Of a stretch of 27,521 nucleotides of DNA, positions 24,217 to 27,521 are shown piece after piece. Position 1 is the first letter of the stretch. Each line of letters begins with the position of its first letter. The DNA lies in contig CAZVAJ010000011.1 in assembly GCA_964625085.1 (NCBI GenBank), forward strand, positions 1-27,521, written 5' to 3'. A program made the translations under genes and the position numbers. The notes below the pieces were generated by a model. It made no database searches. It saw only the letters and a program-made list of their open reading frames with translations, and was not told where the DNA came from. The DNA is from Candidatus Micrarchaeota archaeon (GTDB lineage: Archaea; B1Sed10-29; JAJSAI01).

Positions 24217-26901
24217 TTGTTCTTGGAATCATTCGAGTTCCTGAAAAAAGAATTCGGAACGCTTACCAGGGTACAGGAAAAAGCGATCCCTGTTATTGCT
24301 AGCGGAGAGCATGTTCTTGTAGTGGCAGGCACAGGAGAAGGTAAAACAGAAACAGCAGTACTCCCGCTACTAGAAAAGTCACAATCAAAGCAGGGCATGC
24401 AGGTGGTTTACATTACTCCTCTGAAGGCCTTGAACAGGGACCTGACGAACAGGATCTCCCGGATTGGAAAAGAATTTAACATTACTGTTTCAGTGAGGCA
24501 CGGGGACACGAGCCAGTACGAAAGAAGCAAGCAGTTAAAGAACCCACCCAATCTTCTTGTGACAACTCCTGAAAGTCTTGCAGCAATGCTTTCTGCCCCG
24601 AAGATGTCAGAAAACTTTTCTTCAGTAAAACACGTTGTGGTTGATGAAGCCCATGAACTTTACTCTAACAAAAGGGGCACGCTGCTTTCGGTCTTGCTTG
24701 AGAGGCTTGTTCAAAAAGCAGGAGAATTCCAGAGAGTTCTCTTGTCTGCAACAGTGCCAAACCCCAAAGCACTTGCAGAATACTTCTTCGGAAACAGAAC
24801 GTACACCGTAATCAAGCCACCAGCTAGTAAAAAACCGGTTCTCAGCGTGGAAATTCCCAGTGTCTCAAAAGATGACAGGGCGCTTGCAAAAACCATTAAC
24901 ACTCCTGCAGAGGTTATTGCAAGAGCAAGAAGGATAATGAGCGTCCCAGGCCCATCCATCTGCTTTGTTAACACAAGATCCACTTCCGAACTTCTTGCTA
25001 GTAGAATAAAAGCACTTTCAGGGAACGCAAGTGTTCACCATTCCAGTCTTGGAAAAGAAGAGAGACACTCAACCGAACTAATGCTCAAGCAAGGAGAACT
25101 AGATCACGTGATCGCAACAAGCTCTCTTGAGCTTGGAATAGACATAGGCAGGATAAACGAAATAGTGCAGTACTCCAGCCCAAGACAAGTTCACAGGCTT
25201 GTTCAGAGGGTTGGAAGATCAGGCCACTCGCGCACAGGGGTGCCTAAAGGAACTATAATAGCACTAACCCCTTTTGATGCCCTTGAATCAGGAGTAATAT
25301 GTGAGCTTGCTCTTGAAGGTTTCCTTGAGGACAGCATCCCCCCTGAAAAACCATACGATGTTGCTGCAATACAATCTGCAGGCATTTCACTCTCAGGAGG
25401 GCATCCTTCTAGTGAAATCTTTTCTGTTTTCAAACGGTCCTCTGCATACCGTGAACTTTCCCAGGAAGAATTTGAACGCGTGCTCAACCAGCTTGACTCA
25501 GAAGGAATCTTAAGACTCTTTAAAGAGGTTGTAAGGCCCACCAGGCTGACAAGAAAATACTACTACGAAAACTTGTCAGTTATTCCCGACGAGAAAAAAC
25601 TCAGAGTAAAGGACGTTAGCACGGGCAGAACAATCGCTGTTCTGGACGAAGCGTTCGTTGAAGGAGAACTGTACGATAAAAACGTGTTCATAGTAAAAGG
25701 CCAGCCATGGAAGGTTCTTGAGGTCACGGAAAAAGAGGTGTTCGTGGAGCCAAGAACAGACTACTCTGCAGTCATTCCAGCATGGGAAGGAGAAAACATT
25801 CCAGTCTCAAAGGAAGTTGCTGAAAGAGTCAGGCAGGTGGTTGCAGGAGAAAGAAACCTTCCAAAGGCCATAAGACAAAAACAAGAAATTGAAAAATTCT
25901 TGCAGGACCAGAGGTCCTGTTTCCTTCCGGAAAAAAGGAGGATGTGGCTTGAGAACACAGAAGACTTTTTCATCCTACACTCTTTTCTTGGAACAAAGGC
26001 CAACAACACCCTAGCACAGTATGCTGGATTTCTCATGTCAGAATACCTCGGACGTTCTGTTTCAGTTTCATGTGGGGCATACCACATAGCATTTCAAGGG
26101 ATGCCAGACGCTTCTCTGATAATTGAAACGCTCTCCGGAAAGCCAGCATTATCTCCTGTGCTGAAGAAAGCAGTTAAAAAAACAGGAGCATACCAGCACA
26201 GACTGCTTCACGTTGCAAGAAGGTTCGGGGCCCTAAAAAAAGAAAGCAGAGTAAAATCACTGAAAAAGCTTGTCCGCGTGCTTTCTAACACAGTGATAGA
26301 AGAAGAGGCAGTGAAGGAAGTCTTCCACGCGAAATTCGACCTTAAAACAGCATCAGAAATACTCCGGGACTTACACCATCATAGGATAAAACTTGAAGAA
26401 TACTCTGGCAAGACCAGCCCACTTGCTTTCAGAGTGTTCTCAGAAGAACTTAGAATACCTGACCTAATACTGCCATCACGGCCACTGGAACAGATAATAG
26501 AAGGGGTCAAGAAAGTGTTGGACGAAAAAATAGTATTGTTCTACTGCACTTACTGCAAGAAGAAATTCTACCGAAAGGTTTCGGACTTGCCAGACAAGAT
26601 CAAGTGCCCTTACTGTGACAGCACGCAGATTGCTTTGATTAAAAGAGAAAGAATGTCTGAGGTCATGGAAAAGAAAAGACGTTCAGCAGAAGAAAAAGAG
26701 TTTGTCAGGGGAGTATTGGATACCGTTCCGGTTATAGACTCCTACGGTAAAAAAGGAGTTTACACCCTTCTCATGAAAGGGATAGGCCCCAGCACGGCCA
26801 AAAGAACCCTGGCAAGATCAAGAAACGATGAAAAAAGGTTCTGGAGAGACCTGCTTGAAGCCCAAAGAGACTACTACCGGAACAGGCAGTACTGGGAATG
26901 A
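24217..26901 (+). CDS. lhr: ATP-dependent helicase Lhr (DEAD/DEAH) with C-terminal zinc finger
   Basis: GTGEGKT, TPLKALNRD, RHGDT, TTPESL, DEAH, SAT, SLELGIDIG, QRVGRSGH and CTYC...CPYC. Confidence 0.93.
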   Translation: MFLESFEFLKKEFGTLTRVQEKAIPVIASGEHVLVVAGTGEGKTETAVLPLLEKSQSKQGMQVVYITPLKALNRDLTNRISRIGKEFNITVSVRHGDTSQYERSKQLKNPPNLLVTTPESLAAMLSAPKMSENFSSVKHVVVDEAHELYSNKRGTLLSVLLERLVQKAGEFQRVLLSATVPNPKALAEYFFGNRTYTVIKPPASKKPVLSVEIPSVSKDDRALAKTINTPAEVIARARRIMSVPGPSICFVNTRSTSELLASRIKALSGNASVHHSSLGKEERHSTELMLKQGELDHVIATSSLELGIDIGRINEIVQYSSPRQVHRLVQRVGRSGHSRTGVPKGTIIALTPFDALESGVICELALEGFLEDSIPPEKPYDVAAIQSAGISLSGGHPSSEIFSVFKRSSAYRELSQEEFERVLNQLDSEGILRLFKEVVRPTRLTRKYYYENLSVIPDEKKLRVKDVSTGRTIAVLDEAFVEGELYDKNVFIVKGQPWKVLEVTEKEVFVEPRTDYSAVIPAWEGENIPVSKEVAERVRQVVAGERNLPKAIRQKQEIEKFLQDQRSCFLPEKRRMWLENTEDFFILHSFLGTKANNTLAQYAGFLMSEYLGRSVSVSCGAYHIAFQGMPDASLIIETLSGKPALSPVLKKAVKKTGAYQHRLLHVARRFGALKKESRVKSLKKLVRVLSNTVIEEEAVKEVFHAKFDLKTASEILRDLHHHRIKLEEYSGKTSPLAFRVFSEELRIPDLILPSRPLEQIIEGVKKVLDEKIVLFYCTYCKKKFYRKVSDLPDKIKCPYCDSTQIALIKRERMSEVMEKKRRSAEEKEFVRGVLDTVPVIDSYGKKGVYTLLMKGIGPSTAKRTLARSRNDEKRFWRDLLEAQRDYYRNRQYWE

Positions 26902-26934
26902 AAAGGATAAAAACAACAAACGCTAAAAAGAATC

Positions 26935-27426
26935 ATGCCTGCAAAATTTAGAAGAAGAAAAATCGGAGAACTAATTCAACAGATGAAAATGTCACTGATA
27001 AAGCAGGGTGTTCCAGAAGAAGTGGCTGAAAAAAAGGCCAGGGAAGCATTTAAGGCATCTGTTGCGGTTTCTAGTCCTCCTAAGAACATCCGCGAATACA
27101 AGCAACTGATCTCTGAACTAAAGGAGGTTAGGTCAAGACTAAAAGCTAGCCTAAGACGGGTAAAGTCAGAACAGACAAAAGAAAAGATTGCTCAAGAGCT
27201 GGAGCAGGTCACGCTCGCGATAGAAAAAGCGGAAGAAAAAATGTTCCTAAGGCAACAGAACCCTGAAAAATTATCTCCTGATAAGTGGGTAAAAGAAGTT
27301 GAAGAAAAAGCAAGAAGGGCACAGTCCGATCCTGCGTACACAGAAGAAGAAAAAGAGTTTTACGCATGGTACAGGGATGTTGTTAGGGAGATTGCAGAAG
27401 CCCTGAAAAAAAAGAAAAAGATATAA
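26935..27426 (+). CDS. Hypothetical K/E-rich coiled-coil protein with basic termini
   Basis: 163-aa ORF, MPAKFRRRK...KKKKKI. Confidence 0.72.
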   Translation: MPAKFRRRKIGELIQQMKMSLIKQGVPEEVAEKKAREAFKASVAVSSPPKNIREYKQLISELKEVRSRLKASLRRVKSEQTKEKIAQELEQVTLAIEKAEEKMFLRQQNPEKLSPDKWVKEVEEKARRAQSDPAYTEEEKEFYAWYRDVVREIAEALKKKKKI

Positions 27427-27521
27427 ACCACGCCAGCCTTATTTTGGCATGAACTACACTTATCTTTCCTTTGCAGTAATCGTGTTAATTGGCACTGGAC
27501 TTTCCTGGTCAAACAACTGGC

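Noticed and set aside
642..26087. Numerous F/S/L-rich antisense ORFs in the track
   Set aside because: They are shadows of K/E-rich genes on the opposite strand.
27427..27521. 3' end of a minus-strand gene at the window edge
   Set aside because: Under 20 codons are visible, too few to support a call.

Overview
Archaeal chromosomal DNA, most consistent with a DPANN-type lineage. This assignment is inferred from TATA/BRE promoters, an A1:U72 initiator tRNA, a C/D-box sRNA, XerA, translin, Lhr, an AglB-type domain and many K/E-rich orphan genes. Left part (1-4.6 kb): 3' end of a P-type ATPase, an unannotated C/D-box guide sRNA predicted to methylate 16S C1402, a stand-alone AglB/STT3 C-terminal-domain lipoprotein, tRNA-iMet, a broken nucleoside phosphorylase and MGMT. 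The most striking locus is 4.6-7.7 kb: an AAA+ ATPase with a C-terminal winged helix and a small wHTH/GNAT pair diverge from a ~1 kb non-coding region. That region holds about 27 phased TGACTA boxes, a second CTCTCAC motif family and an AT-rich block, making it a candidate non-canonical replication origin or centromere-like system. About 4 kb away lies xerA, with a 28-bp dif-like site (10795-10822) and an identical 11-bp half-site in its promoter; the two bracket a toxin-antitoxin module. A decaying accessory region follows (TA pairs, a triple-repeat protein, pseudogenes, a duplicated cytidine deaminase around a kinase-like orphan). The right part holds housekeeping-like genes (MscS, DUF1003, translin, M16 peptidase, Lhr).
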